Source: Eledone cirrhosa
Lineage: Eukaryota
Direction: 5' to 3'
NCBI GenBank assembly: GCA_964016885.1
Contig: OZ024744.1
Coordinates: 89,838,001 to 89,902,000, forward strand
DNA: 64,000 nucleotides
A program made the position numbers and the translations under genes. The notes below the pieces were generated by a model. That model did not search any database. It was not told the DNA's origin and worked only from the letters and a program-made list of their open reading frames with translations. Positions within the stretch are counted from its first letter, which is position 1; each line of letters begins with the position of its first letter. Shown piece after piece: positions 38,322-51,200 of the stretch.

Positions 38322-38509
38322 TTGTTTCTACGTTAGGCACAAGGCCAGAAATTACTCCAGTGCATTACTGGTACTTTATTTTATCGACCCCGTAAGGATG
38401 AAAGGCAAAGTTAATCTCGGCGGGATTTGAAATCAGATCATAAAGGGAGGTAACTCTATGCGTCAAAGCATGGCGCCCAACCCTCTACCGATACTGCCAA
38501 TCCACCGCC
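38322..38509 (-). mobile_element. tRNA-derived SINE inserted in Tx1 ORF1 with a ~16-bp target-site duplication
   Basis: agtcacaaataataat on both sides (~38307 and ~38511). Confidence 0.9.
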
Positions 38510-39576
38510 CAGTCACAAATAATAATAACGTTACATCTAACGCCGCATGTATTGGCGTCACCATGGAAGCCAATAAGGACAACAAAAATAAAAACAAGAT
38601 TGAACCACACAGTGTACAACAGACACCAAAAACAACAGAAAAACAACAGAAAATAAAATCATTGACACAACTACAAACGGAAAAATCGACAACCACAACA
38701 ACAATAACAACAACACCAAAAAAACTTTTGCGCAAACAGTCATCAATCAAGAAACAAGAGTTCAAAGATCTCGATATCTCCAAAGAGAAACAGATGCTCT
38801 CTGAAGCAAAGGAGTTTATCACATTCGGTGAAAACGGTGGATTTCAGATAAATTCACCCCCAGAAATTCGTCTGGAAACATTTCGAAGGACAATTACCTT
38901 CAGAACTGTTTCAAATGAAACAAAACCACCAGCATTCCTCAGTCAAGGGGAAATTGAGGCAACCTTGAAGGAAATATTGCCAAACATTGACTTTATGCAG
39001 AGGGCCAAACAGTACGGGAGTATTTCAGTACTCCTCAAAAGCGAGGCCCTTGCACAAAGATACTCAGTGACGCCTATACTGTCACAAAAATACACCTTTT
39101 TCCCTACATACCTGGGAAAAAGGACACAAAAAATTAGAATTACAAACATAACACCAAATATTAATATTTGGTGGATATTGACAGGATTTTTAGAGGAGAG
39201 AAAAGACACCATTATCTCCATCAAAAGGTCAACCAGACATACGTGGTCTGGTACAAATTTGGAGATTCTGGTGCAAATGAGCCCGGAAAGAATCTCCAAA
39301 ATACCAGAAAAAGTGCTGGTGGACAACAACAGCCACATAAGCATTTCAGTTGAGGGACGAAAACCACATTGCTTTCGTTGCAATAGCACCACACACCTAA
39401 AGGCCTCCTGCCCTTTACAAACACGTTCAACCAAAACAATACAAAAGAAAACACTGTTACCAACACCAAAACAACCACAACAACAACAACAACAACAACA
39501 CACGAAACAAGCAAACACACCTAAACAAACAGCCACTCAACCAACAACAACAGAAAAATACAGACAACACCCCTGA
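38458..39576 (+). pseudogene. Tx1-like ORF1 (CCHC knuckle), largest open part; the first residues are SINE-derived
   Basis: Aligns by eye with 53901-54902 (QYGSISVLLKSEALA vs QYGTISVLFKSEALA; EGRKPHCFRC vs EGKRPQCFVC). Confidence 0.8.
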
Positions 39577-42500
39577 AGAACACAGCCCCACGCCATCCCG
39601 CTCCATCAAACACTACTATAAACGCACACACCGAAACACCACTACCATACAACATACCCCTACCCCACACTCCTGACGATGATTATTCACCAACAGATGA
39701 GGCTGCTTCTCCTTCTTTAAGTGAAGAAGAAGGAGAGCCTCGGAAATCCAAAAAACAAAAAAAGAGACACCACAAAACCCCCAAAACTCCAATCACCAAC
39801 ACCAACACACAACCACAGACACAAACAACAACACAATCAACACCACAGTCAAACATCCCCCTACCAGCAAAACCAACACCAACACAAGCACCCACCATAA
39901 AAAGAAAACTCGCGAACGAACAACAAACAATAGCAACACAACAAAAACACAAACAACAATACGCATACATCAACACAAACAACAAGAGTTTGATGGAGGT
40001 CATCTCCCAAAACCTCAAGGTGGAGACGAGGGCAAAACTTTCGTTAAAGCAGAATCGTCTCCACACTTTAAACTTATAAGGATTTCTATGGAGACCTATA
40101 GTGACCTGAAGAACAAATTTTCGCAGGACGTTAGCAACTCCTGCCAGAAACCCATCAACCGCGTCCTGTTAAAATGTTTCCCCACCCCACCCAACACCCC
40201 CTCCAGCACCCAAATGGAGATTGAACAACCCGATCTCCAGGAAACGAAAAGGTAAGTGCACCTTTTCGTCCTTTTTCGCCAACTCTTCTCCACCAACATG
40301 GCTAGTTTACGAGTTGGAAGCGTGAATGTGCCCTGAAAACAGGGCCAACTAACGATCTTAGGTCACACGGTATGGATGTGATAGCCATCACCGAGTCCAG
40401 GATCCACAACAGGAAGTAACTAACCCCCATCTTCGATGACTTTGAGATCTACGCATCTCTATGTTAGCCAGGAGAGGTAAGGGGAGTGGCTGCCATGGAC
40501 GCCGAGTTCTGCGAAAGACCGATCACAGCCACTGAGATACGGGACGCTCTGGGCCACTGCGGGAAACGCAAATCACCTGGTCTAGATGGTCTAACCTATG
40601 AGTTTTACATAGGCATGCCGGATTTGTTCACTAGCGTTCTCGAGGCCGTCTACTGCAACTGGCAGCAGAACGGGAGAATTCCCAGTTCTGCAGGCAGGGG
40701 CGAAGTAACGCTGATCAGGAAAGACGAGAACAAGGGGGACGAACTAAGCAACTTTAGGCTCATAACTGCTCAACACAGAGTTAAAGATTTTGGCCAAGGT
40801 GTTGGCAACGAGGTTTGCGCTTGTCGTCGAGAACCTGGAAGAGAAAGCGCAAACTGTGCCATCCCGACCAGGTCCATACACGACAACCTCCACCTCATGC
40901 GATACATCATAGAGAGGGTGGGGTGTAAACCCGGCTTTGGTGGGGCTCTGATCAATTTAGATCAGTTTAAGGCGTTCGATAGGGTCGACCATCGATACTT
41001 TGAAGCGGTTCTCAAGGCGGCCGGTTTCGGACCTGTCTTCAGAGGCTGGATCGCCGCAATGCACACTCACATCTGCTCGATGGTCAAGGTGAACGGCTAC
41101 CTATCGGAGCCGTTCGGAATCACGCGTTCCATCCGACAAGGATACCCTCTCTCCTCCATTCTGTGCGTACTAACGCTAGAGCCACTACTGCGGAAGCTGG
41201 AGCTGCTGCAGAGCATTCCGTTGGGACCGGGACTGCGGAAGGCAGCGTCGGCTTATGCCGACGACGTGACAGTAATGATGTCGGAAGCCTCCGAAATCGA
41301 GGCGATCGACAACTTACTGCAGGAATATGAAAGGCTCACAGGAGCAAAACTGAACTCGGACAAGTCTGTCCGTTTGCAACTCGGAACGTGTAGAGGCAAA
41401 CCGATGCCGTCCGACAGCGTCGTCGGACGCTGGGTGGACGGACCGGTGAAACTGCTCGGGGTTTAATTCGGTCCAGACCTCCAGGGGGAGAAAAACTGGA
41501 ACGAGGTCACGGCCAAGGTATTTGCGCTCACCCAGAAAGGGCACGGTGCAAAATATCCTTGAAAGGTCGACGGAGGTGGCGAACACTTTCATAGCGTCCG
41601 TCATCTACTACCGCTTTACCGTCGTGCCTTGTCCCCGTGAACACCTCACCAAGATGGCACGCATGCTCTTCCAAGAAGCAGATTCCACTGGTGAGCAGAT
41701 CCGTCTGCTGTCAGCACCCTTCCAACGGAGGGCTGGGAATGCCGTGGCTGATGATGCGCAAACATGCGCTGAGACTACGGCATCTACAGGTATTCCTCAC
41801 CGACCCCAACCGGTGTGGACACCGTTTGTGAGACAAGCCTTCCCGCAACTTGTCTCGCTGACGGAACTGCAGTTCTGGGTCAAGCGAAAACCGAAGAAGA
41901 TGGGCGCCTGGCACATTGAATGCGCTCAGACACTCACAGTCCTCTGTCAAGCAGGCACGGCAATCAGTGGAGACTCCACTTCAACATTTTATAGAGGGTT
42001 AGTACGTCACAAGGGCGACGACGTGCTCGGAAAGACTCTAGGCGTCGAAGACGACGAACTCACCAGTCTGTTTGGTCGGACTTTCCGCCCGGGACCCATG
42101 GACAACTTCCAGAGGTCTCTGGCCTAGCAGTGCTACCGAAAAGCTCTACCAGTTCGTGACAAGATCTACAGGCACTGACGCCTCGGCAGGGATCCTTCCA
42201 AGAGGATGTGTCCAAGATGCGCGCAGGACATTGAAACCGTCCTGCACGCAATTGTACATTGCCCGGGCGTAACCGACCTGTGGAACTACACAACTGCTGT
42301 CGCGTATGGGACAAATCCAGTTGACTGCCGAGGTCCATAGTAAGGATCAAACCGCCAACTTCTTTCAAAAACGAAAGAGAGGCGGTTTTCCTCTGTATAG
42401 TGGCTGTGGTGAAAGAGGTTATATGGTGGACGAGTTTGAAAGGACTGAGGACAGATGCCTTTCTCTCCGGACAACAACTCATTCCCTTCTTTAGATACCA

Positions 42501-42880
42501 CTTTAGGACGAGAATCATAGTGGAGAGAGAGGCACTGCACCCCAGTAAATTTACTGAAAGGTGAGTGAATGTGGCAAAAATGGCCCGAGTGATTGGGCCT
42601 TCTCTGTATATAAACATGTAGGTTGAAGAAGAAAGCAAAAGGAAAAAAGGAGCACTTGCACAACACGCTCCTGAAGTTGAGGGTTGTTCTATCGACGGGG
42701 TATTAAATAACCCAGTTGTGGCGCCTCCCCCCTATTGGGGATTTAGATTGTTGTAATTGTTTGTTTTTATATTTTTTACACGATTGTATGTAAAATCCCC
42801 GGCATGTCTTTGTTTTGTCCCCTTTTCTTTTGCACCCTTGTGGCTAATAAAAAAATCTATCTATCTATTTATCTATTTAT

Positions 42881-45800
42881 CTATCTATCTATGTAGGGCG
42901 GGTAAAATTCCCAAGATCCATGGATGAGTTCTCTCCAGCGGTCTCTGTCACTCATTATCGCCGCCATGTCCTGCGTCTCCAAAAGACCAGTGTCTATTCT
43001 TAGGACATCGACATATGTCAACCTCGGTCTCCCTCTTCTAGTGTGTCCGTGTAGGGGCTCCCACAGGACGACAGGGTGCAGTGTCAACTCTGAATGTCGG
43101 TGAGCATGTCCAGTAAACCACAGTCTCCTCTGTGTTACTTTCGAGCTAACTTTCGGGAGTTCTTCATCCTCAGTGTATACAGATTAATGTTCAGAGTCAT
43201 CCTCAGCATTCTCGTGTACCATCCATCCACCATCTGAGTGAGTTTATTGGTCAGTGTCCAAGTCTCAGACCCGTACAGCAGCAGAGACTCCACTACAGCA
43301 ACGAAGAGACGGATCTTCAGGTCTTTACGAAGATCCGACTGAAACACCGATCTCAAGCTGTGGCACATCATCCTCTGTGTTCCCAATCTTTGCTCCCAGG
43401 TACAAGAAGTCCTCAACCAACCCTAGCGGCTTCCCGCCTACATTCATAATCTCTGGCTTCTTAATGTTCTCTACCAAATATTTCATTTTAATCTCATTCA
43501 TTCTCAGCCCCACATCGACACAATCTCCACCTCCAGCATCAACTCCTCTGCCTCCTTCACTGTGTTTGTCACCAGAACTATGTCGTCAGCAAATTCAGCA
43601 TCTGATATCTTTTTCACCTTAACTCTCCTGCTCTGAGCCATTGTTACAGTAATGCCAGAGTCCTAGTGTTTCTCCAGCGCAAGGCACATACAATAGTCCT
43701 CTACGATGATAAAAAGGTAGGACGCCAATGGATCTCCCTGGAGCACTCCAGTATCTCAAAGAACTCCGTCGTCCCATCAGGTGTAATGACTTGGGCTTTG
43801 GTGTTGGTGTAGAGCAGTGATATCAGATCCACTATCTTCTTGGGGATTCCATAAGCCTGTAAGATCTTCATCGGGCACTGACGGTCCACAGAATCAATGA
43901 AAACTATGACCACAGGAAGGCTCTTTACTCTAGCTCCCTCTAATATCCTCCTCAACATCAGGATGTGACCGGTGGTTGATCTTTTCTCTCTGAAGCCGTT
44001 CTGGTTGTCCCTGAGCTTCTCCATCTCAAGCTGGATCCTGTTAAGAATCATCCTGTTGGGAGTCTTTGCCACAAGTGACGTCAGTGAGATCCCCCTGTAG
44101 TTGTTGGTGTTAGAGAGATATCCCTTATTTGTCACTGGGACGATGTTACTGATCCTCCACTGATTCGGGGCAACTCCTTTCTCCAGTGCCTGGCTACAGA
44201 ACTCCAGGATGATATCATCAAAATCACACCTCAACACCTCTGATGCCACTCCATCTTCTCCATGAGCCTTGCCCTCCTTGATCTTCTTCTTGGCTCTCTG
44301 AAGCTCCTCTGGCGAAGTGTCCTGTCTCAATATACAGTCCCTCAAACAGCTGCCTGATCACCCCAGTGTTCTGGGCTGTGGAGGGTGGCTCTCCTAGTAG
44401 GGTCATAAAATGGTTCAACTATTTCCCCTTACTATCCTCGGGCCCTGTTCCCTGGATCTGACTCGAACTCCCTCTCTTCCTCTCTGTGATCTCGTTGATC
44501 GTCCAGCTCTCTTTACACCCAGACCTTTCAACCGCTCTCTCCACACTTCTGATCTTCTCTATCAGTGCCTCCTATCCGGCCGCCCCAGTGTAAGCGGTAC
44601 AGAATTCTTCCCTCATCACCTCCATATTCTCCTTCCTCTCCTCCGTAGGATCAGCATGGAATTGGTCTTTGGTAGCTTTAAGGTGTTCTCTGGCTGCACA
44701 CACTTTAGGGTCTGCAGAGCTGACATTCTTCCTCTTCTTCTCTCTCCTCGGCACCAGGGTCTCACTTGCTTCTGTCATTGCAGTGGTGAAGTACCCGTAC
44801 CTCCTCATCACACTCTCCTCAGTCCCTCCAATCTCTCTCTCCTCTGTCTCTCCACACAGAGCACTGAAACTGTGCCTCACTTCTACTGTGTACCTCTCCT
44901 GTAGCTTATCATCTTCCTTGAAAGCTCTTCAATCATAGATTGCTCTCTGGGGCTGAGCCTTACTCTTTCTTAAGCTCACCCGGACCTCACTCATAACAAG
45001 CCGGTGGTCACTGCCCAGTGTACTGAAATAGTTGTATGGTTCTATGTTCAGAACACTATTTCCTCACCAGAATGAAATCAATCAGAGACATGGACAGGTG
45101 CATATCTGAGATGTAGGTCCACGTCTTCCCGGGATTCTTCCTAAACCCTAGGTTGGTTGCCTTCAAGTTCGCCTCCAGCAGGGTGTCTCTCAGTAGTCTC
45201 CCATTTCGGTTGGTGTTGTTATGGAAGTACCAGCAAGGATTTTCACTGCTCTCCCTACTCAGATGTGCATTGACGTCACCCAGAACAAGCAGGATGTTAT
45301 GAGCTGGTGTGGTGTTGACAGCTCTACACACCTCCTCATGGAACTCTTCCGCACTCAGATCACTGTCTCCCTCGGTTGGACTATAGGTGAGATGACTGTC
45401 AGTCTTGGGTTTCCATTGAAGGTCACCCTCATCACTCACGGGGAGACAGGTATGATTTCCCTCACTAATAAATTGGTTTTTGCACTGAACACAAAACCCA
45501 CTTCTCCTACTGCAGCATTTGTTGTGTTCCTTATTACTGATGTGGTGATGAGCTGGCTCCTCTTTCCAATCATCACTCTCTTTACGGGCTCATCCTGTAG
45601 GATCCTGTGTTCTTGGATCACCAGGATCTTCATACCACTCTCCTCGAACAGATGACCCAACTCCTCCCTCTTCTCCAGCGTCCGAATAGTCCTCACATTC
45701 AGAATGCCGATTTTAATGGCTCTTCTGCAGGACAAAACTGTATTCTTTATATTTGTCTCATCCACTGGTCCTCCCTGTGGCTCTAAGCCAGCAGAGTCAT

Positions 45801-46063
45801 AACGACCAGACTGCACCTTGACAGTGTAATTAGGGGCTCTAACCCTAGTGCTGTTAAATACACTCTACATGGTTCTTTTCAGTGGCTGATAATATCTTAC
45901 CGGCGCCACTCGAGTAAGGTAATTATTTAACCCATAAATGGGGCCTTAACAGGTACTACTACTCCGGGCCAGAGCAGACCTGGGAGTGATAACAACTAAA
46001 GGTAGCTGCACATTCCCCACAGCTCCTGAAAGTCCATTGGATGCAATTTAATGTCATACCCAA

Positions 46064-46070
<7 letters not shown>
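42881..46070 (-). mobile_element. Decayed near full-length RTE-clade LINE
   Basis: IKIGILNVRT (EN), GDVNAH, IDFILV, NYRGISLTS, NQNGFR, LLYGSETWTL, GRPRLTY. The 3' end runs into (GATA)n. Confidence 0.88.
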
Positions 46071-46097
<27 letters not shown>

Positions 46098-46189
46098 GGC
46101 TGCTCCCTCGTTATCGAGTATGGCCATTGCACGAAAAAAAACCCCCATAATAATAATAATAGTAATAATAACAACAACAATAATAATAA

Positions 46190-46441
46190 TGCTTTCTTTA
46201 TTAACCACAAGGGTTTACACAAAGAAGACATTAAGGACAGTACAGGACAATACAGGACAGTACAAAAGGGCATTTCTGCGTGTAGAAAAAACAAAAAACA
46301 GATGATGTAATAATAGAACAATGAAAAAATTCCCCAATAGGGGGGAGACTTCCGAGGGCCATCGTGGAGAAAGCCCATTAAAAAGCCACGGTGACCCTGA
46401 CCGCCAGGGCAATTGTCCTCTCCCAGTTTTCCACCTTCAAC
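46190..46441 (-). mobile_element. Tx1-like 3'UTR fragment in (TTA)n
   Basis: Minus strand gttgaag...ccccctattggggaa...cccttgtggttaataaa, same layout as the other Tx1 3'UTRs; (AAT)n on both sides. Confidence 0.75.
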
Positions 46442-46578
46442 AATAATAATAATAATATTAATAGTAATAATAATAACAACAATAATAATAACGACAACAA
46501 CAACAACAATAATAATATACATATATATATATATACACACACACACATAAACATATCTACACACACACACGATAACAA

Positions 46579-48218
46579 CTAACAGCGCTGCGATCGAATG
46601 TGGCTTTTTAGCCCAGCCAATGATCTAAAATGTCTTGCACAGAGTTGGCAACCAAAACATTTACTGGGAATAGCCGGCTGCGGTTGGAGTTCGTGTACTT
46701 TTGCATGTCGTTTGAGCCCTCCTGCTGATTTACATTCTCTACCACATGATTGGCAAGCATGATAAGTAGCATCTCCAACAGCAGCCTGGTAGTCAACCAC
46801 TGGTCTTACTTTATGACTGCGAAGATGACTTTCGAGTCCAGTTTTGCTTAAGCAGAGTCTCGCACAGACGCTGCATGTCAGCGCCATAGGAGGACCTTCG
46901 CCGTCTGGAAGTGCAACAGCAATGCCCTTCCTCACATCCCGCTTTACTTTCTCGTATGCGATTCGAGATGCCTCAAAAGCAACTTTCCCCTCATATACAG
47001 TCTTTCTCCATTTATTACGATCAGCAGCAACATTTTCCCATGTATCAGCAGAGATGTTAGCGTCTTTCAAAGAGGCTTTCAATGAATCCTTATACCTCTT
47101 TTTTTGGTTTATGTGGAGGTCGTTTTCCTTTAACTAACTCTCCATAAAAGAGTTGTTTTGGTATTCTAGAATCCTTCATCCTGGCAAGGTGACCACTCCA
47201 ACGGAGTCGTTGCTTAAGTACAAGAGCTTCTATACTGTTACACATAGAGCTTTCCAAAATCTCGACATCACTGATGTGGTCCGTCCAGTGAACGCCATGG
47301 ATCTGTCTGAGACACATCTGATGGAAACGCTCCAATTGCTTAAGGTGGTGTCGATATGTGACCCAGGTCTCGCAGGCATAAAGAAGAGAAGAGAGCACAC
47401 ATGCCTTGTACACCTTTACCTTTGTCTTCTTGTATATGTCTCGCCAACCCCAGAGTCGCTTTTCTAGCTTTCCGAAAACATTACTTGCTTTCCTAATCCT
47501 GAGTGGGATTTCATTATCAAGGTTGCTGTACCGATTGGCAGTGCTTCCCAGGTAGATAAACTGATCAACCACTTCAAGTCGTTTACCATACGCATAGATA
47601 TTTGGTTCACTGTACTGCTTACCAAGGACAGGTTGGTACATGACGACGGTTTTCTTGAGACTGACAGTCAATCCTAGGGCAGTGCAAGCATCAGAAAATG
47701 ATTTCAAAATGTGCGGCACTCTCTATGTCCGTTACAAGATCGCAATCATCTGCATGCAAGAGGTCTTTTATGATTGATGTAAATACTTTTGATTTTGCAG
47801 CAAAGCGCCTGATGTTAAAAATGCTGCCTGAGGTTTGATATTGGATGTAAACACCATGCTCGCAATTCCTGAATGCAATATAGAAAACCATTGCAAAGTA
47901 AATGGCAAATAGGGTCGGTGCTGGAATATCCCCCTGTTTCACTCCATTTTTTACAGAGATAGGCTCCGACATGTTACCTCCGACATTAACCCAAGCCTTC
48001 ATGTCGTCATGGAAAGACCTAACCAAAGCTAGGAACTTATCAGGGCAACCAAGTTTCAGGAGAACCTTCCATAATGCATTTCTGTTAACAGTATCGAAAG
48101 CTTTTGTCAGATCGACAAAAATCTGATACAGATCCAAACCTTGTTCCATGCACTTCTCCTGGAGCTGTCTAGCTGAGAATATCAGTAGTGCCAGCACGAA
48201 AACCAGATTGATTTCAGA
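46579..48218 (-). mobile_element. 3' half of a BovB-like RTE LINE (RT C-terminal part + three C2H2 fingers)
   Basis: QSGFRAG, IFSARQLQEKC, FVDLTKAFDTVNR, GVKQG, LHADD, LLYACETW, LRWSGHLARM, then three CxxC..H..H-type fingers. Confidence 0.9.
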
Positions 48219-48226
48219 TTAATAGT

Positions 48227-48277
<51 letters not shown>

Positions 48278-48278
<1 letters not shown>

Positions 48279-51200
48279 AGCTGCATTTATCTTGCTTTAT
48301 GTTCATACGAGTTATCACCAAGTCACAACCAGTGACCTCAAGAGACAACAAGGTCCGCCATGTTCAAGAAAGAACATACATACTCACACATGCATCTTTA
48401 GGTGTTTAGACTTGTGATGTACTTATATTGACAGAATCTTCCTTAGTATATGGGCAGTTCCCCTTAGTATTATCTTTTGTATTTCTCCTATACGCGGGTT
48501 TCCTGGGATTTGCGATAAGTAATCATTAGACCCCTTAGGTATAATTCCTAGAGCACCTACAACCACTGGTATTGTTTTAGTTCTCAATTTCCACATTTTT
48601 CCAATTTCTATCTCCAGGTCCTTATGCTTGCTCAATTTTTCAAATGTTTTTATAGATACATTCTTGTCTATTGGAACGGACATATCAATTAGCAGGCATA
48701 CCCTCTTTTTAAAGTCCTTCAATATTATATCAGGTCTATTTGCATCTATTTTTCGGTCTGTTTGGATGCTAAAGTTCCACAAGATTGAGATGTGATCTTT
48801 TTCAAGTATGGGAGGTGGTTGATGCTCCCATCAATTCTTTTGATGGGGCAGATCAAAATGCTTACACATTATCCAATGTATGTATTGTGCAGCTCTGTCA
48901 TGCCTGTTTAGGTATTCGGTTGGAGCTATAGGACTGCACATTGAAATTATATGGTCAATGGTTTCTGGTTGTTTTTTTACATACACGGCATAATGGGCTG
49001 CATCCATTTTTTATTATGTTGGCTTGGTAATTTTTTGTTGGCAGACACTGATCTTGTGCCGATATAATCAGTCCTTCAGTCTCCGATTTCAGTCCAGAGG
49101 ATGCCAACCACTGATGGGTTAAAGTTTTGTCAACATCAGGATTGTTAGCTCGTTCTGGGTATTTTCCATACAGAGGCTTTTCTTGCCATTTCTTTGTCAG
49201 TTTCTGTAGCAGTTCTTTCTTTGCAGTTACTTTTACCTGCTTTGCTTTTTCTGTGTTTTCCATTTCAGCAGTAAATGGGACTTCTGAAATTTGGAGTCCA
49301 TTAGTGTATCTTTGTGCATCTTTTGTAATGGAGTATGATCTTTTGATGCTTTCGTGTTTCAAAACGAGTTTGATCATCCAATCATGTGATTCCCTTAGAT
49401 ATGTAGATAATCCAATTGTTGCAGTTTTCAACGCAATATCTAACTGGATTAACCCACCTCCTCCTTCTTTCCTAGGGAGATATATTCTATCTGTATCTTC
49501 CTTAGGGTGATGCATTCTGTGCATGGTTAAGAATTTTCGAATTTTTGTATCGAGCCTACGGATCTCTGTGCTTGACCAGTTGATGACATTGTAACTGTAG
49601 GTTACTACTGGTATGGCAAGCGTGTTTATGGCATCGATCCTATTCCTTGCATTCAATTCCGTTCTTAAGATTGCTCTGACTCTGCGGTAACATTCCTTCC
49701 TTATCCTTTCCCTCATTGTCGAGTGCTTGATTCCGTCTCCTTCACAAACACCTAGATATTTGTAAGTTTTTTCTTGATCAAGCTCTCTTATCACGTTCCC
49801 CCGATCAAGATTAATGTCTGAACTCTTCAGCAGCTTTCCTCTGGTGAACGTTGCTTTGGCGCATTTATCCAGTCCAAACTCCATTTTAATGTCATCACTG
49901 AACTGCTTCACAGTGGATAATAGCCCTTGCAATTGTTCATCATTTTTTGCAAATAGTTTCAGGTCATCCATGTAGAACAAGTGATTAATGGTTTTGTCAT
50001 AGACTTTATATCCATGTTTTGTTTCATTGAGCATTTTACTTAATGGTATAAGTGCGGTGCAGAATAAAAGCGGTGATAAAGAGTCACCCTGAAAAATTCC
50101 ACAATTAATATTAACTTCTCCAGCTTCCAGTGATTTTGTTTCACTATTCAAAAGGAGTGTCGTTTTCCATGTCTTCATATTGAATGACAAAAACCTACTG
50201 ACAACGGGAGATATTTTGAAAATCTCTAAACATTGTTCAATCCAACTGTGTGGCAAACTATCGAATGCTTTTTTATAATCTATCCAAGCAATCGATAGAT
50301 TTTTGTGTCTATTATGACAATCTTCCAGTATCATTTTGTTAACCAAAAGCTGATCCTTACAGCCATATGAGCCTCGTTTACACCCTTTCTGCTCAATGGG
50401 AAATAGGTAATTTGTTATCAGGTGGTCATATGTATATTCAGTTAGGACTGATGTTAAAATTTTATACATTGTGGTCAAGCAAGTTATCGGTCTGTAATTT
50501 TGGGGATTGTTTGTCTCATCATTCTTCGGAAGCAGGAATGTAATGCCGTTAACTAGCCATGATGGTATCTTTTCTGGCTCCTTAACTATTTCATTGTAAA
50601 GTTGGGCTAACAGCTCATGAGACTCTGTGAAGGCATTTATCCAAAAATTTTGTATTTTGTCTTTTCCTGGGGATTTCCATTTGATGGTTTTTCTTAGAGC
50701 CAAACGCAACTGTTCAACTGTTATATTTTCCCATATTTGTTCCTCAAGGTGAGCTGTATCTTTCATTTGTCTGTCTATCCATGGGGCATGTATGTTATGA
50801 ACTTTTTCTTCGGCCCATATCTTTTCCCAGAATGCTTGCACTTCCTCCTTGGGTGGCATTGATTTAGCAGTTATTGTTGACTTACCAATTTTTCTGTAGA
50901 AGTTTCTTTGGTTGTTTTTGAACATATTATTGTCCTTATAGAATCTAGATTGTTTTTCAAAGCGCCTTATACGAGCAGCTTTGGCCGACACTTTTTGCTT
51001 GATTATTTCTATCAGCATGTCTATGTCACTTGTTGATTTTATACTGTACTTTCTTTTCAATTTTCTAAGTTTAGTTTGTTTAACATGTTCACCTACTTTA
51101 TAGTTTGTTAAAATTTCTATGTCAGATCGGAGAAGGTTTATTTGGCGATTGATGTTCTCTTGCCAAGTAGATTTCTTGTGGGAATTCCTTTGTTTTTTCA

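Larger units (their letters stand above)
37806..42855 (+). mobile_element. L1/Tx1-like LINE copy C (5' end retained, SINE in ORF1, most of EN deleted)
   Basis: ORF1 with CFRCNSTTHLKASC; ORF2 ATG at 40298 jumps near 40485 to AEFCERPI; RT YADD; (TATC)n on both sides. Confidence 0.9.

Noticed and set aside
45815-45860. Twister-like look of taa-cagc...gggttagagcccc in the RTE 5'UTR (minus)
   Set aside because: The pseudoknot pairings and the conserved 3' L1 residues could not be assigned.
46579-47082. Host C2H2 zinc-finger gene
   Set aside because: It directly continues the RTE RT C-terminus across a frameshift and recurs at other RTE 3' ends.
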